Shown here piece by piece: positions 29,015-39,109 of a DNA stretch of 64,000 bases. The stretch is from an uncultured Pirellulales bacterium (GTDB lineage: Bacteria > Planctomycetota > Phycisphaerae > Sedimentisphaerales > Anaerobacaceae), in NCBI GenBank assembly GCA_964520535.1, contig CAZFOQ010000002.1, positions 32,990 to 96,989 of the forward strand, written 5' to 3'. Position 1 is the first letter of the stretch, and each line of letters opens with the position of its first letter. The notes below the pieces were generated by a model. The model was not told where the DNA came from. It saw only the letters and a list, made by a program, of their open reading frames with translations, and did not search any database. The translations under genes and the position numbers were made by a program.

Positions 29015-30502
29015 ATGAGCGGTATCTTTGGAGTGGTCTCAAAGGGAAATTGTGCGGAAACACTTTTTTACGGCACAGATTATCATTCGCATCTCGGCAC
29101 CGAATATGGGGGTATTGCAGTACTTGAGGAGGATTTTACCCGCCAAATACATAACTTAAACCAAAGCCAGTTCAAATCAAAATTCTATGACGACTATAAA
29201 CATATCAAAGGCAACAAAGGCATCGGTGTTATCAGCGACTATGACGAACAGCCGATTTATCTTAACTCCAGACATGGGCCATTCTGTATAGTGACCAGCG
29301 GATTTGTTGAAAACGCCGAAGAACTGGCCGGACAATTGCTGAGCCAGGGAATATCTTTTAGCGAAGTCAGCGGCAGAACGGTTAATACTCCCGAACTGAT
29401 TGCGAAAATAATCAATCAGGGAAATAACTTGACTAACGGCATCGAGAAGGTATTTGAGGCCATTGAGGGTTCATGCTCGTTGCTCTTACTGAACAAAGAT
29501 GGAATATATGCAGCCAGGGACAGACATGGATATACACCGCTTATTATTGGCAGGCGTTCGGACGCATGGGCGGTGACTGCCGAGACAAGTGCCTTTCCTA
29601 ATAACGCATTCGAGATCGTAAAGCATATTGAACCCGGGGAGATAGTACTGCTCAATGAGGCGGGGATGGTCCAGAGCAGACCGGGTGATGATAGTCAAAA
29701 TCAGATTTGCGCGTTTCTCTGGATTTATACCGGCTTTCCGGCCTCAAACTACGAAGGAATTAATGTTGAGATCGTCAGGGAAAAGTGCGGCCGGCATTTG
29801 GCAAAACACGATAAGGACATCGAAGTTGATTTGGTCTCAGGTGTCCCGGACTCCGGCTTAGCCCATGGATTAGGATATGCTATGGAATCAGGCAAGCCGT
29901 TCAGACGCCCCCTGGTCAAATACACGCAGGGTTACGGCAGAAGCTATACGCCTCCCTCACAAGATAGACGAGACCTGATTGCCAAGATGAAGCTTATCCC
30001 CATCAAGGAAGTGATCGAGGGCAACAGCATTGTCATCTGTGAGGACTCGATAGTTAGAGGAACTCAGCTTAAAAACTTCACAATCAAAAAACTGTGGGAC
30101 TGTGGGGCTAAGAAGATACATATCAGACCTGCCTGCCCACCTTTAATGTTTCCTTGTAGATTCAATCTTTCTACGCGATCGATTAAGGAGCTTGCGGCTC
30201 GCAAAGCTATTCGCAGCCTCGAGAAGAAAGATACTGAAAACGTCTCAGAATATATCGACCACAAATCTGAAAAGTACAAAAAAATGGTCGAATGGATCGC
30301 CAAAGACATCGATGTCACGACATTAAGATATCAAACCGTGGACGATATGGTTGAAGCGATCGGGCTGCCCAAAGAAAAACTTTGCCTCTACTGCTGGACC
30401 GGCAAATGCCCAAAAACAGTTTGCCCAAAATCCAAAACAAAGATCGTTGATGTCAAGAAACAAGCCGCAAAAAAACAGGTCCGGGTAAAAGTCGAACTCT
30501 AA
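29015..30502 (+). CDS. PurF-like paralogue: degenerate Ntn-amidotransferase-like N-domain (Cys1 replaced by Ser) with an intact type I PRTase domain and a Cys-rich, Lys-rich C-terminal tail
   Basis: The N-terminus MSGIFGVV replaces the MCGIxG of PurF, and the glutaminase RGQE motif is not conserved (HSHLGTEYGGIAV). The PRTase motifs are retained (VSGVPDSG, VICEDSIVRGTQ). The C-terminus has CLYCWTGKC and CPKTVC, then KKQAAKKQVRVKVEL. Confidence 0.7.
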   Translation: MSGIFGVVSKGNCAETLFYGTDYHSHLGTEYGGIAVLEEDFTRQIHNLNQSQFKSKFYDDYKHIKGNKGIGVISDYDEQPIYLNSRHGPFCIVTSGFVENAEELAGQLLSQGISFSEVSGRTVNTPELIAKIINQGNNLTNGIEKVFEAIEGSCSLLLLNKDGIYAARDRHGYTPLIIGRRSDAWAVTAETSAFPNNAFEIVKHIEPGEIVLLNEAGMVQSRPGDDSQNQICAFLWIYTGFPASNYEGINVEIVREKCGRHLAKHDKDIEVDLVSGVPDSGLAHGLGYAMESGKPFRRPLVKYTQGYGRSYTPPSQDRRDLIAKMKLIPIKEVIEGNSIVICEDSIVRGTQLKNFTIKKLWDCGAKKIHIRPACPPLMFPCRFNLSTRSIKELAARKAIRSLEKKDTENVSEYIDHKSEKYKKMVEWIAKDIDVTTLRYQTVDDMVEAIGLPKEKLCLYCWTGKCPKTVCPKSKTKIVDVKKQAAKKQVRVKVEL

Positions 30503-30519
30503 AACCAGGCCATCCATTT

Positions 30520-31566
30520 TTGTGCCGCTTTCAAATTATAAACGATATGCAGAAAACAAGGTATTCCATGTTCATTGCTGCAGCTCTGGTGTATGCCGGT
30601 TTTGCGGTTTATTTATATCAGCCCTATTTTCAAAACTTCGAAAGGTTCCAGCATCTTCTGGTTTTCAACCTGTTCCTTGCTTCATTGGGTTGTTATGTGC
30701 TCAGCCGACGTTGGATTTCAGGCTTTATCGAGTCGCTTTTGGCCGGTGCCCTTTATGGTTTCGGGCCTTTCACACTTTCTCTGGCTAAATATCACCCAAC
30801 AGTCGGCTTATTGGCAGCATCCGTACCCTGGCTGTTCTGCCCTGTTGCATTTGGTCTCAAAGACAGGTGGCGGTGGCTGAGTATGTTGTTAGCAACGCTG
30901 CCGTTCCTGGCCATCGTATTGTTCTTCCAGATAACCATCCACCTTCGTTTATTCGCAATTTCAACACAGGCCCGGCTGGAAATCACAGAATTATACAGCC
31001 TGTTGGCTCCGTTGGTTGCAGCTAAGCGGGGTACTACTTTGATAGGTTTTTACCACGTGCCCATGGCGGCACTAATTATGGGCTTCGCTATGTTGATTGC
31101 CGCCAGGCGGTTCGGTGTCATGGCAATTTTAGCTATCGGCATAATTCTGACTTTTTGTGATCCGATTAATTCCATTCTTGAGGTCAGCCCGATTATCTGG
31201 CTAACCATCAGCGTGTTATGCTGTTCGATCATTATTGGTGCCGGTTTGCAGGGACTTGTCTCAGCCGGTCACGCAGACCGCAAGTGGATACTCGCAACAG
31301 CAATCGTTATGGGCATTCTGGCTATCGTGACATTACTGTTGGCGACAAAATATTTTCAGACATTTTTAGGACTTGGCTCGGGATATGCCAGGCTTTTTAC
31401 CGAAGAGGCCAAAATGTATATACTCGGCACAGTTGCAGTTGCGATAATCTTTTTTCTCTCATGTGCAAAATTGCGATCGCACCGGCTGCGCGAGGCTATT
31501 CTTTTCGCCGCGATAGCATTGGATGTATTTCTCGGAGCGAGATACATCATCGATAAGATTTTCTAA
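30520..31566 (+). CDS. polytopic integral membrane protein of unknown function
   Basis: 348 aa with about 9 hydrophobic segments. No recognised motif. The start may lie at an internal Met (MQKTRYSMFIAAAL). Confidence 0.5.
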   Translation: MCRFQIINDMQKTRYSMFIAAALVYAGFAVYLYQPYFQNFERFQHLLVFNLFLASLGCYVLSRRWISGFIESLLAGALYGFGPFTLSLAKYHPTVGLLAASVPWLFCPVAFGLKDRWRWLSMLLATLPFLAIVLFFQITIHLRLFAISTQARLEITELYSLLAPLVAAKRGTTLIGFYHVPMAALIMGFAMLIAARRFGVMAILAIGIILTFCDPINSILEVSPIIWLTISVLCCSIIIGAGLQGLVSAGHADRKWILATAIVMGILAIVTLLLATKYFQTFLGLGSGYARLFTEEAKMYILGTVAVAIIFFLSCAKLRSHRLREAILFAAIALDVFLGARYIIDKIF

Positions 31567-31592
31567 ATAATAAGCCAGAGATAGATTTGTGC

Positions 31593-31877
31593 TTATGAAA
31601 ACTTTTCCCGCTCGATTTGACCAAGAATGAATCGTCTGTCGTTTCGCATAAAATTGATAATGGAATCGAATTGCTGGTCGATAAAGCGTGCTTCGTTGCA
31701 GACCACGGCAATCCCAATAACCGCACTTGTTTTACTATCCTGTTGGTCAACTTCGGCAATTGAAACATTGAATCTGCTCTTGAGCCTGCCGATCAGGCTT
31801 TTAATGATGCTCCTTTTGCCCTTGAGCGAGGTTACCCCCGGCAAAGAAAGATGGGCTGTCATGACACCGACAATCAT
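31593..31877 (-). CDS. DUF503 (YlxP-like) family small protein
   Basis: 94 aa. MIVGVMTAHLSLPGVTSLKGKRSIIKSLIGRLKSRFNVSIAEVDQQD matches the DUF503 pattern (M.iG...l.L.ip...SLKeKR.v...i..l..kFNvS.aE.d.qD). Confidence 0.55.
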   Translation of the reverse strand: MIVGVMTAHLSLPGVTSLKGKRSIIKSLIGRLKSRFNVSIAEVDQQDSKTSAVIGIAVVCNEARFIDQQFDSIINFMRNDRRFILGQIEREKFS

Positions 31878-31891
31878 ACTCGTTGCTCATC

Positions 31892-32810
31892 TTAAGCGTT
31901 CATATATTGTTCGCGGATTTTTTCCAATAGCTTTTTAGTGGCTATAATCCCGTCGTTTTCACTGAGCCGATCTCCTTCGTACTCGACATTGACATAGCTT
32001 TGATAGCCTGCATCAAGAACAATCTTCATCATACGATAAGTCGATCTTCGTCTCATCGCCGTTTTCATCAAAGTCATAGCTCTTGGCACTAACGCTCTTA
32101 GCGTAGGGCATCAGCGTCTCGACGGCCTCGTAGCGATCAATTTCCTCCGGAAAATTACCAAAGTCAGGCAATGTCCCGCAATTTGGAAGATTCACCTCTT
32201 TGATAACACAGGTAAGCCACTGTGGATCTGACGATAAGCCGCCATGATTCTCGACAATCACGTTGAGCTTATGCCCGGAGGCATACTCGCACAAACACCG
32301 AAGTCCGTCGGCGGCGAGTTTCTGCTGTTCCTCGTAAGTGCCTTGTGAAGCAGCGTTGACACGGATGGAGTGACAACCGAGATACTTGGCAGCTTCGACC
32401 CACTTATAATGGTTCTCGACAGTCTGTGTGCGTCGTTTTGTGTCCGGGTCGCCGAGATCACCCTCTTCGTCGCACATAATCAGCAGGCTCTTGACGCCGT
32501 GATCGGCCGCCCTTTTTTTCATCTGGGCCAGATACTCAGTGTCTTTAGCCTTGTCCATGAAGAACTTGTTGACGTACTCAATAGCATCGATGCCAAAGCT
32601 TCGCGCTTCTTTAGCAAAATCGAGATTGTCCAGCTTCGGTTCCTGTCGGCCGAAAAGCCTTCGGTTCAGAGACCACTGCGCCAAAGAAATCTTAAACGGC
32701 ATTTTTTTGCCTCCCAACATCGCATCAAAACTGGTACAACCTGCCAGACAAAGCCCCACGGTTGTACCGGCACTGAGTGTAAGAAATCTCCTTCGGTTCA
32801 TATTCTCCAT
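31892..32810 (-). pseudogene. xylose-isomerase-like TIM-barrel sugar phosphate isomerase/epimerase with a TAT signal, interrupted by an apparent frameshift near 32013-32089
   Basis: The 265 aa ORF (32013-32810) starts [15 protein letters not shown] (twin-arginine) and carries AP-endonuclease-2/xylose-isomerase-like TIM motifs. It ends at ...[23 protein letters not shown]. The overlapping 65 aa ORF (31892-32089), in another frame, continues with the family's conserved C-terminus [27 protein letters not shown]. Confidence 0.5.
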
Positions 32811-32830
32811 CCTAAATTCTCCTACTTACT

Positions 32831-33730
32831 CTAAACAGAGTTAAATCTGTTATTTCCATCTTGTCCGGGGACGTCAATATTGCTTAGCTTGACTAATCTG
32901 ACTTTGATACCCCAGGGTGCTACGTCCTTTTCAAGAATATACTGAATATTATGTGCTATTTTTTCGCGAGAGGCACGAAGTGTCTGGGCCGGCTCCTTGC
33001 AACACTCGTTCCTCAAAATGGCACGAACTACATTCTCAATTGCTATTTCGTAATTGTCCACCTCAAAAAGAGCTTTTCCCGGATCGTCTATTCTGTAACA
33101 GATCATAACGTCAAGTTTACACCTAACTCCATCGCTCGTGATAACCATTTCTCTTTCGTAGGGAATCGTTGTCTCCTTACATTGGATCAAAGGCTTATTT
33201 TTGTATGCACGCTGGTAAATACCCCAAAGGCTCCATATACAACCAAGTCCGGGCTTACAAGACTTTCGGTATTTTCCGAACGTTGTTACAACGAGGGCAT
33301 TTCCCTGTGGTACGGCATAAAATTTACAGAATCCCAGTGTCATAAATCCAAGAATCTTACAAACAAAGGGCCGTTCCACTTCTAATCGTCCCAAATCACC
33401 CTCTTTTGGCATACTCGAATCTCTATTCGGCACTATGTCAATTCTCGGCAGCTCACTTCTCGTTGTTTTAGCCGCCTTTTTTTCCCTGCGCTTGCGACTT
33501 ATCGAAGACACAAGATAAGCCAAACCGCCGGCCAGAAAACCGGTACCACCACAGATATATACAGGCAAAGGCTGACTTCTGAATGCAATCCATGCCTTAC
33601 TGAATGAGTTCACTTTCTCCAGGGTTGCTCTGTCAAAAGCTATTTTCTCTTCGTCGATTCGACCAAAAACCAGTAACCCTAAAACAAGAGCCAAAATTCC
33701 CAGTAAACAAGCAAATATTAGTGTTTTCAT
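32831..33730 (-). CDS. SPFH/band-7 (stomatin/prohibitin-like) domain membrane protein
   Basis: 299 aa. N-terminal TM helix. SPFH core: AVPQGNALVVTTFGKYRKSCKPGL...EREMVITSDGVRCKLDVMICYRIDDPGKALFEVDNYEIAIENVVRAILRN. Confidence 0.7.
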   Translation of the reverse strand: MKTLIFACLLGILALVLGLLVFGRIDEEKIAFDRATLEKVNSFSKAWIAFRSQPLPVYICGGTGFLAGGLAYLVSSISRKRREKKAAKTTRSELPRIDIVPNRDSSMPKEGDLGRLEVERPFVCKILGFMTLGFCKFYAVPQGNALVVTTFGKYRKSCKPGLGCIWSLWGIYQRAYKNKPLIQCKETTIPYEREMVITSDGVRCKLDVMICYRIDDPGKALFEVDNYEIAIENVVRAILRNECCKEPAQTLRASREKIAHNIQYILEKDVAPWGIKVRLVKLSNIDVPGQDGNNRFNSV

Positions 33731-34119
33731 TATTTTAATCCATAATTATTTTGTAAATAGTATGCCACGATTCCCTATCGCCGCTTAACATTGTTCCAAG
33801 AGTGATGTGCCCTGCCGGACTAAATCCCCCAGCGGTGCCAACACTAAACATAAGAAATATCCTTTGGTTCATGAAAAGCTTCACTATAACAATCTATTCT
33901 CGTCGGCTTCAAATAACCAGACCAATCATAAACGGTCAGGGCATTTCAGTCAATCCAATTATCGCCGTTATCTCGATAGATGGAACATGTTTTGAATATT
34001 TTTATTGTCATGATGGTTAAGTCAAAGTATCATCATTACTCAATGCAGAGGTACATGATGACAATATTCCTGTTGATTGTTAGTGCAAGGTTAACTTTAG
34101 AAAATCGAGGTGACAGAGT

Positions 34120-34770
34120 TTGAATTTAATACAATGTACTCAATGCGGTCAGGAAATTGACGGTGCGGCAAACTATTGTCTCAACTGCGGTGCTGAAATT
34201 GTAAACTATCCACAGCCGGCGGGTTTCTGGATCAGAGTCTGTGCCCACATTATCGATGGTGTGATATTTATTCCCCTGGTCATATTTTCCTTTTTAAACT
34301 TCTTTTTTATCAAGAACATGATACTTTTAATTTTTCTCTCGGTGCCGGGACTGATATACAAGCCTTTTATGGAATCGTTTTACGGTGCTACGCTGGGTAA
34401 GATGGTTTGTGGAATTAAGGTCATCGATGGCAACGGCCTAAGGCTCACTTTGGAAACGGCATATCTTCGATTCCTTCCCTTTCTCCTCTCATCTTTGATA
34501 AGCATCATAAGCAGTATAATATTATATTCGACACCGGAATTTGAATCCGTAAAAACATTAGAAGAAATTGGGCAACTACAACAAATCGGCCCAATGGATA
34601 TAGTCGGATATCTCGCGAGCTTCTTTTTAATGGCAGATTGTATCGTTGCTGCTTTCACTTATAGAAAGCAGGCCCTACATGACATGATGGCCGGCTCCTA
34701 CTGCGTTTATAAAGAGCCGCAGGAACAACAAGAACAGCAGCAGTCACTTTCCGATACAGGAGCTTTTTAA
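34120..34770 (+). CDS. RDD-family membrane protein with an N-terminal zinc-ribbon
   Basis: 216 aa with a TTG start and RBS GAGGTG. CTQCGQEIDGAANYCLNCGAEI is a zinc ribbon. Three TM segments with the RDD-type layout (...YRKQALHDMMAGSYCV). Confidence 0.6.
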   Translation: MNLIQCTQCGQEIDGAANYCLNCGAEIVNYPQPAGFWIRVCAHIIDGVIFIPLVIFSFLNFFFIKNMILLIFLSVPGLIYKPFMESFYGATLGKMVCGIKVIDGNGLRLTLETAYLRFLPFLLSSLISIISSIILYSTPEFESVKTLEEIGQLQQIGPMDIVGYLASFFLMADCIVAAFTYRKQALHDMMAGSYCVYKEPQEQQEQQQSLSDTGAF

Positions 34771-34904
34771 TATTACTTCTGGAAGACCGAATTCAACTTG
34801 CAAATTTTTCACTGGACAGTATAACCGAAACAATTAATCGATTCCTGTGTATCAAGCATATATTTAGCAAAAAATTTGAAAAAAGATTTTGCCGGGAGGC
34901 GATA

Positions 34905-35312
34905 ATGTTCACAGCAGAAGAAATTATGACCAAAGACGTCATTAGTGTCACGAGGGAAACGCCGGTTCGAGAAGCGATGGAGCTGATGCTCAAACACAGA
35001 ATTTCAGGCCTGCCGGTCGTTGACGATAATATGAATCTTGTCGGTGTTATTTCGGAAAAAGATGTCGTCAGCCTGCTGTATGACATTGAGACTCTCGAAA
35101 CACAAAAGGTCCGCAATTTCATGACCGAGCGGGCGATGCATTTCGATATCGATGACAGCCTGGTTGATATTTGTGACTTTTTCGCCAAGAACCTGTTCCG
35201 GCGGGTGCCCATCACATCCGACGGCAAGCTGGTCGGCATTATCAGCGTCCCTGACATCATCAACTATACGCTCAAGCTCAGCCGGGAAAAAGCAAAGACT
35301 CCAAGTGAGTAA
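34905..35312 (+). CDS. CBS-domain pair protein
   Basis: 135 aa. Two CBS motifs: IMTKDVISVTRETPVREAMELMLKHRISGLPVVDD and NFMTERAMHFDIDDSLVDICDFFAKNLFRRVPITSDGKLVGIISVPDII. RBS GGGAGG. Confidence 0.75.
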   Translation: MFTAEEIMTKDVISVTRETPVREAMELMLKHRISGLPVVDDNMNLVGVISEKDVVSLLYDIETLETQKVRNFMTERAMHFDIDDSLVDICDFFAKNLFRRVPITSDGKLVGIISVPDIINYTLKLSREKAKTPSE

Positions 35313-35519
35313 AAGAAATCTGCTCATCATTCACATTTCGGCACTTTCAAGCCCAGTGACAACAGAAATATGATGTGTGGAAACAGCGGTTATTATAGAA
35401 GGAAAATTCCAATTAATCAAAAGCCACCGAGTGCCGCTTTAAAAAATATATACCTACCGGCATCTGCTCAATTTACTAAGCGGTGACATAACTACTTGAT
35501 ATTTTAAATCATTGTTTTT

Positions 35520-37499
35520 TTAGTTTTGACTCAGGCTCAATTCGTTCGGGAGTTCCTCATCTTCAGAGACTTCGTCAATGAAATCGACACGGGCGTAGCT
35601 TATGCCATCATACCAGGTGCGGGCAACGTTCCCGATGAGGGTATTCTCTGTGCCGATCTGAACCGCTTCATCATCCACGAACACCTCAAAAGTATGGTCA
35701 TCCGAGACCTGGATGCGGCCAAGATAGGCTTGATAGAGGAATAAATTGCTGCGACGTCTGCCGGTCAGGACAAGCGTACTATCATGGTCACCATCCACCA
35801 CCTGTTGACAAGCCATCTGGCGGTATATTTGCATTCCGCCCTCGGATAATCCCGCTTTAATCCTCCAGTCATAGGTCGGATTCGCCCAAAAGTTTACCCA
35901 CACATCATAGGTCCCCGTTTCAGACACCATCACCTGTGTCTTGAGGGTAGGTGCATCTTCTCCATCAATCTCGGCAGATGTCAGAACGGTGCTGCCGTTA
36001 CCATACGCCGTTCGCTCATGCCATTTATTATCCGCCGCTCCACTGATAACATCCGGCCCGGTGGTAATAAGCGGTGAACCGGTTGAGAGCATGGTGTTTG
36101 TGAGATCGGCATCAACGTAGCTTTTTGTATTGATGATTTCTGAATTCCGCTCGATAATGCCGACCACAGCGGCATCAAAGTTCTGGGCAGCGTTGTAGGT
36201 TCCCCGCAACCATAGCAAAACAGTGTTGTCTTCGTCCCAGGCCGGAACGATCGGGCGAAGGTTGTCACGGGTGGATTCTTGCGTGATGGGTGTCCATGTC
36301 CATGTCGCTCCCTGGTCATCGGTGAGGCCTTTAAAGATTTCATGGACGCCCAGGTCCGTATCATCGCAAGGATCAAAGGGCGTCGAGATGTAGATTGTAT
36401 TCGGGTCGTTGGGGTGCAATGCTGCCAAACCGGTATAGTCCTGTTCGCTGTCATACAATTTCGATCCCGCTTTACCCAAATACGTTGATGTCCAATTCGA
36501 ACCGTCAAAGCGGGCGTAAAAGAAGCGATGATCATATTCAGAATTGTTGGCCCTCGCTTTGAATATCGTGGTAATGGTGCCGTCCTGATACGTTTGAAGG
36601 TCAATGGTCCAACAACGTGTCATTGTTGTATCCTGAACAACTGCATCGGCCGCAAAAACCAGCGTAAAATCAACCGGTTTTGGGGCGAGCTTGTCAGAGA
36701 TGTCACTATCCATCAGGATGCCGTCCGAATCGAAGCTCTGGCCGTTCTTGATATAGCCGTGATAAATGCTCGTATTATAATCACGGGGATGATGCTCCGT
36801 CGCGACAAAATCAATGCGATCAATACCATTGTCGGAATATTTGAAATATCCGTTAACATAACCGATGCTTTCGTCGGGCTCCGTCAAGAGGCCGCCATAG
36901 GACCATGTCTCGCCAAGGTCGGTGGAGACCATCAGATTCGGGCTGCGGGCATAGCATCGGACGATGTTATAAACCTTATTTTCGACCGAGAGATAGAAGA
37001 GATTGGAATAGGTGGTTGAAAAATCAGTGCCACCGGGGATGTTGTTCCAATCGAACAGCCGTTCCTCAGTCCAATCGTTGCCATCATAGATGCGATAGCG
37101 ACTGGCATAGTCGTAGTGCTGGGCGTATATCGCCAGGTACTTCCCGTCCGGCCGAATCAGAAACGCAGGCGCATTGTGATCATCGCAGCCAGCCTTCATG
37201 AACGTAAATCTTTGCGATAATCCGGTCTTAACATCAAAGATTACCACTTCAATGTTACCGTTTCGAGATGAGCCGCCCACACCGGCACTGCTTGCGTCGG
37301 AACCAATAATCAACTTGCCGCCCGCCACATCAACGACGGCCCGTTCGTCCTGATACCAGGACCAGGCGCCGTTGTCATTGAACTGAATTAAATTGCCGCT
37401 GACCAGGTCATGCGCTCCCTGGCTGGAGACGACCATCTCTAATAAAACGATGGTGACTGTTATATACAAAAATTTACTACCGAATATTTTCGGTATCAT
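35520..37499 (-). CDS. secreted BNR-repeat (sialidase/glycoside-hydrolase-like beta-propeller) protein
   Basis: The signal peptide is MIPKIFGSKFLYITVTIVLLEMVVSSQG, taking the Met start at 37499 (the track start is 37541). BNR motifs (SxDxGxTW) include STDLGETWSY and TDDQGATWTW. Confidence 0.6.
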   Translation of the reverse strand: MIPKIFGSKFLYITVTIVLLEMVVSSQGAHDLVSGNLIQFNDNGAWSWYQDERAVVDVAGGKLIIGSDASSAGVGGSSRNGNIEVVIFDVKTGLSQRFTFMKAGCDDHNAPAFLIRPDGKYLAIYAQHYDYASRYRIYDGNDWTEERLFDWNNIPGGTDFSTTYSNLFYLSVENKVYNIVRCYARSPNLMVSTDLGETWSYGGLLTEPDESIGYVNGYFKYSDNGIDRIDFVATEHHPRDYNTSIYHGYIKNGQSFDSDGILMDSDISDKLAPKPVDFTLVFAADAVVQDTTMTRCWTIDLQTYQDGTITTIFKARANNSEYDHRFFYARFDGSNWTSTYLGKAGSKLYDSEQDYTGLAALHPNDPNTIYISTPFDPCDDTDLGVHEIFKGLTDDQGATWTWTPITQESTRDNLRPIVPAWDEDNTVLLWLRGTYNAAQNFDAAVVGIIERNSEIINTKSYVDADLTNTMLSTGSPLITTGPDVISGAADNKWHERTAYGNGSTVLTSAEIDGEDAPTLKTQVMVSETGTYDVWVNFWANPTYDWRIKAGLSEGGMQIYRQMACQQVVDGDHDSTLVLTGRRRSNLFLYQAYLGRIQVSDDHTFEVFVDDEAVQIGTENTLIGNVARTWYDGISYARVDFIDEVSEDEELPNELSLSQN

Positions 37500-37757
37500 G
37501 GTAAACCCTTCCTGAGCCATCATAACTTTGAAAAAATGCAACAGTTATTGAAGCTGTGATTTTCCATCTGACTTTTTTCGGCTACGCTGCATTGCCCCAT
37601 CAATAATATCCTACCAAGTTTGCCCTGATAATTCAAGTGATTTTACTGCTTTTCGAAGTATTCCGTGAGACAGGAAAATGGCCAATGTCGTGTCGAAGGA
37701 GAGGAAAAGCGAGGAAAAACAACAAAAGCAAACAAATCACTATAATAGCGATTGCTT

Positions 37758-38195
37758 TTACTCGAACCGCAGGAGGTTCAGGCCGGAGTTTTCATCGAGT
37801 TTTCTACCGGCGGACAATCCTTCAATTTCGATGATTGTCACTTCGAGAATCAGGAACGTTTTTGCCCGGCCCCGTGGACAGCCCACAACCACTTCATCAT
37901 TTTTGCCGATGGCAGTATGGATATGCAGCTTTGGTCCTTCGTTGTCACAGTAAATCGTTCCTACGCCGAGCACTTCACCAGGACCGGCAAATTCTTTCAA
38001 GTTGCCGATGATTTTTGGTTTTTCCTGCTTCGGCCCGACAATGACATCTGCTTTCCTGAATCCGCCGGTAATCAAAACCGCTGCCGTTTGAATATTTTCC
38101 GTCCGTGCAATTTTATGTATGGATTCGTAAAGGTCTTCACCTTCGAATAATCTCGCCGCGACTATTCTGCCTGTTTTACCGATCGCGTATTCCAT
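37758..38195 (-). CDS. DUF296/PPC-domain protein (predicted DNA-binding PD1-like)
   Basis: 145 aa. The pattern ...RLFEGEDLYESIHKIARTENIQTAAVLITGGFRKADV...GPKLHIHTAIG is typical of PPC/DUF296. Confidence 0.45.
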   Translation of the reverse strand: MEYAIGKTGRIVAARLFEGEDLYESIHKIARTENIQTAAVLITGGFRKADVIVGPKQEKPKIIGNLKEFAGPGEVLGVGTIYCDNEGPKLHIHTAIGKNDEVVVGCPRGRAKTFLILEVTIIEIEGLSAGRKLDENSGLNLLRFE

Positions 38196-38260
38196 TTTGC
38201 AATCCTGTGGAAAAGTTGCTATTGAAAACCCACTGATACACCGGCTCAGCTTTGTTGCAA

Positions 38261-39109
38261 TTATTTCGAGACTTCTTTTCTATATAACAGAAACCGATAG
38301 GTTTTGAATTTTTTGAAATCCTCTGCTGTCCTGCCGCCGCTGAAATATTTTTTATATGTTTTATCCAGCTCCTTTTGGTATTTCCAGCTCACAAGCTTGA
38401 CCGATTTCGGAAACCTTTGGGCAAGAAATTCTCCAATCGAATCAATCGCCGGTTTAGCGACCCGATTCATTGCATCATCGAGCAAACGAATATTCGGCGC
38501 CGTTTGCTCTGTTATGTCAAGATCCTCTAAGCTTGCAAAGGGATATTTTTCCATAAGAGCGAAAAACTTCTTCAACTCATGCCCACCCTTTTGCTGCTGC
38601 CTGCCCTCAACATCCTTCCTAAAAAAGTCACAGATAAACAAGTATCCTCCGTCATTTAATAATTTCGCGGTATTAAATAATGCCTTCTCTAATTTGATAT
38701 ATTGAAAACTTTCAAGAAACATGACCATGTCGTATCGCTTTTGAGTATCAAAATCTTCATACTTGCATTCAAAAATTTCGCATTTCTGTCCAATTAATTC
38801 ACGTGCCTGTTGTGCAAGAAAATCGTTAGGCGAAACACAATCCACCTTATACCCCAATGAAAACAGTCTATGGGCAACTCTTCCCGATCCGCAGCCCACA
38901 TCGAGAATAGTTTTTACACCTTTCGGGATGTGCGAAAGAATGAATTTGACATATTCCTCCTGTGCAAAACGCAAATTTGTGATATCCTCTTCCAGCTCCC
39001 CCGTCCAGTAGCCGTAATGCAGATGTTCCAATTTAAGAAAATATTCACCAAAAATCCATCCGATCTTCAAACCCATTTCTCGAGAATTGCCCCTTTTCCT
39101 TTTTTTCAT
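38261..39109 (-). CDS. class I SAM-dependent methyltransferase
   Basis: 282 aa. Motif I is ILDVGCGSGRVAHRLFSLGYKVDCVSPN, with a post-I acidic residue and motif II DMVMFLESFQYI. Confidence 0.7.
   Translation of the reverse strand: MKKRKRGNSREMGLKIGWIFGEYFLKLEHLHYGYWTGELEEDITNLRFAQEEYVKFILSHIPKGVKTILDVGCGSGRVAHRLFSLGYKVDCVSPNDFLAQQARELIGQKCEIFECKYEDFDTQKRYDMVMFLESFQYIKLEKALFNTAKLLNDGGYLFICDFFRKDVEGRQQQKGGHELKKFFALMEKYPFASLEDLDITEQTAPNIRLLDDAMNRVAKPAIDSIGEFLAQRFPKSVKLVSWKYQKELDKTYKKYFSGGRTAEDFKKFKTYRFLLYRKEVSK

Noticed and set aside
35981-36604. 207-aa minus-strand ORF, and + strand ORFs at 36528-37201
   Set aside because: They are embedded in or antisense to the BNR-repeat gene (35520-37499), which has clear domain motifs.
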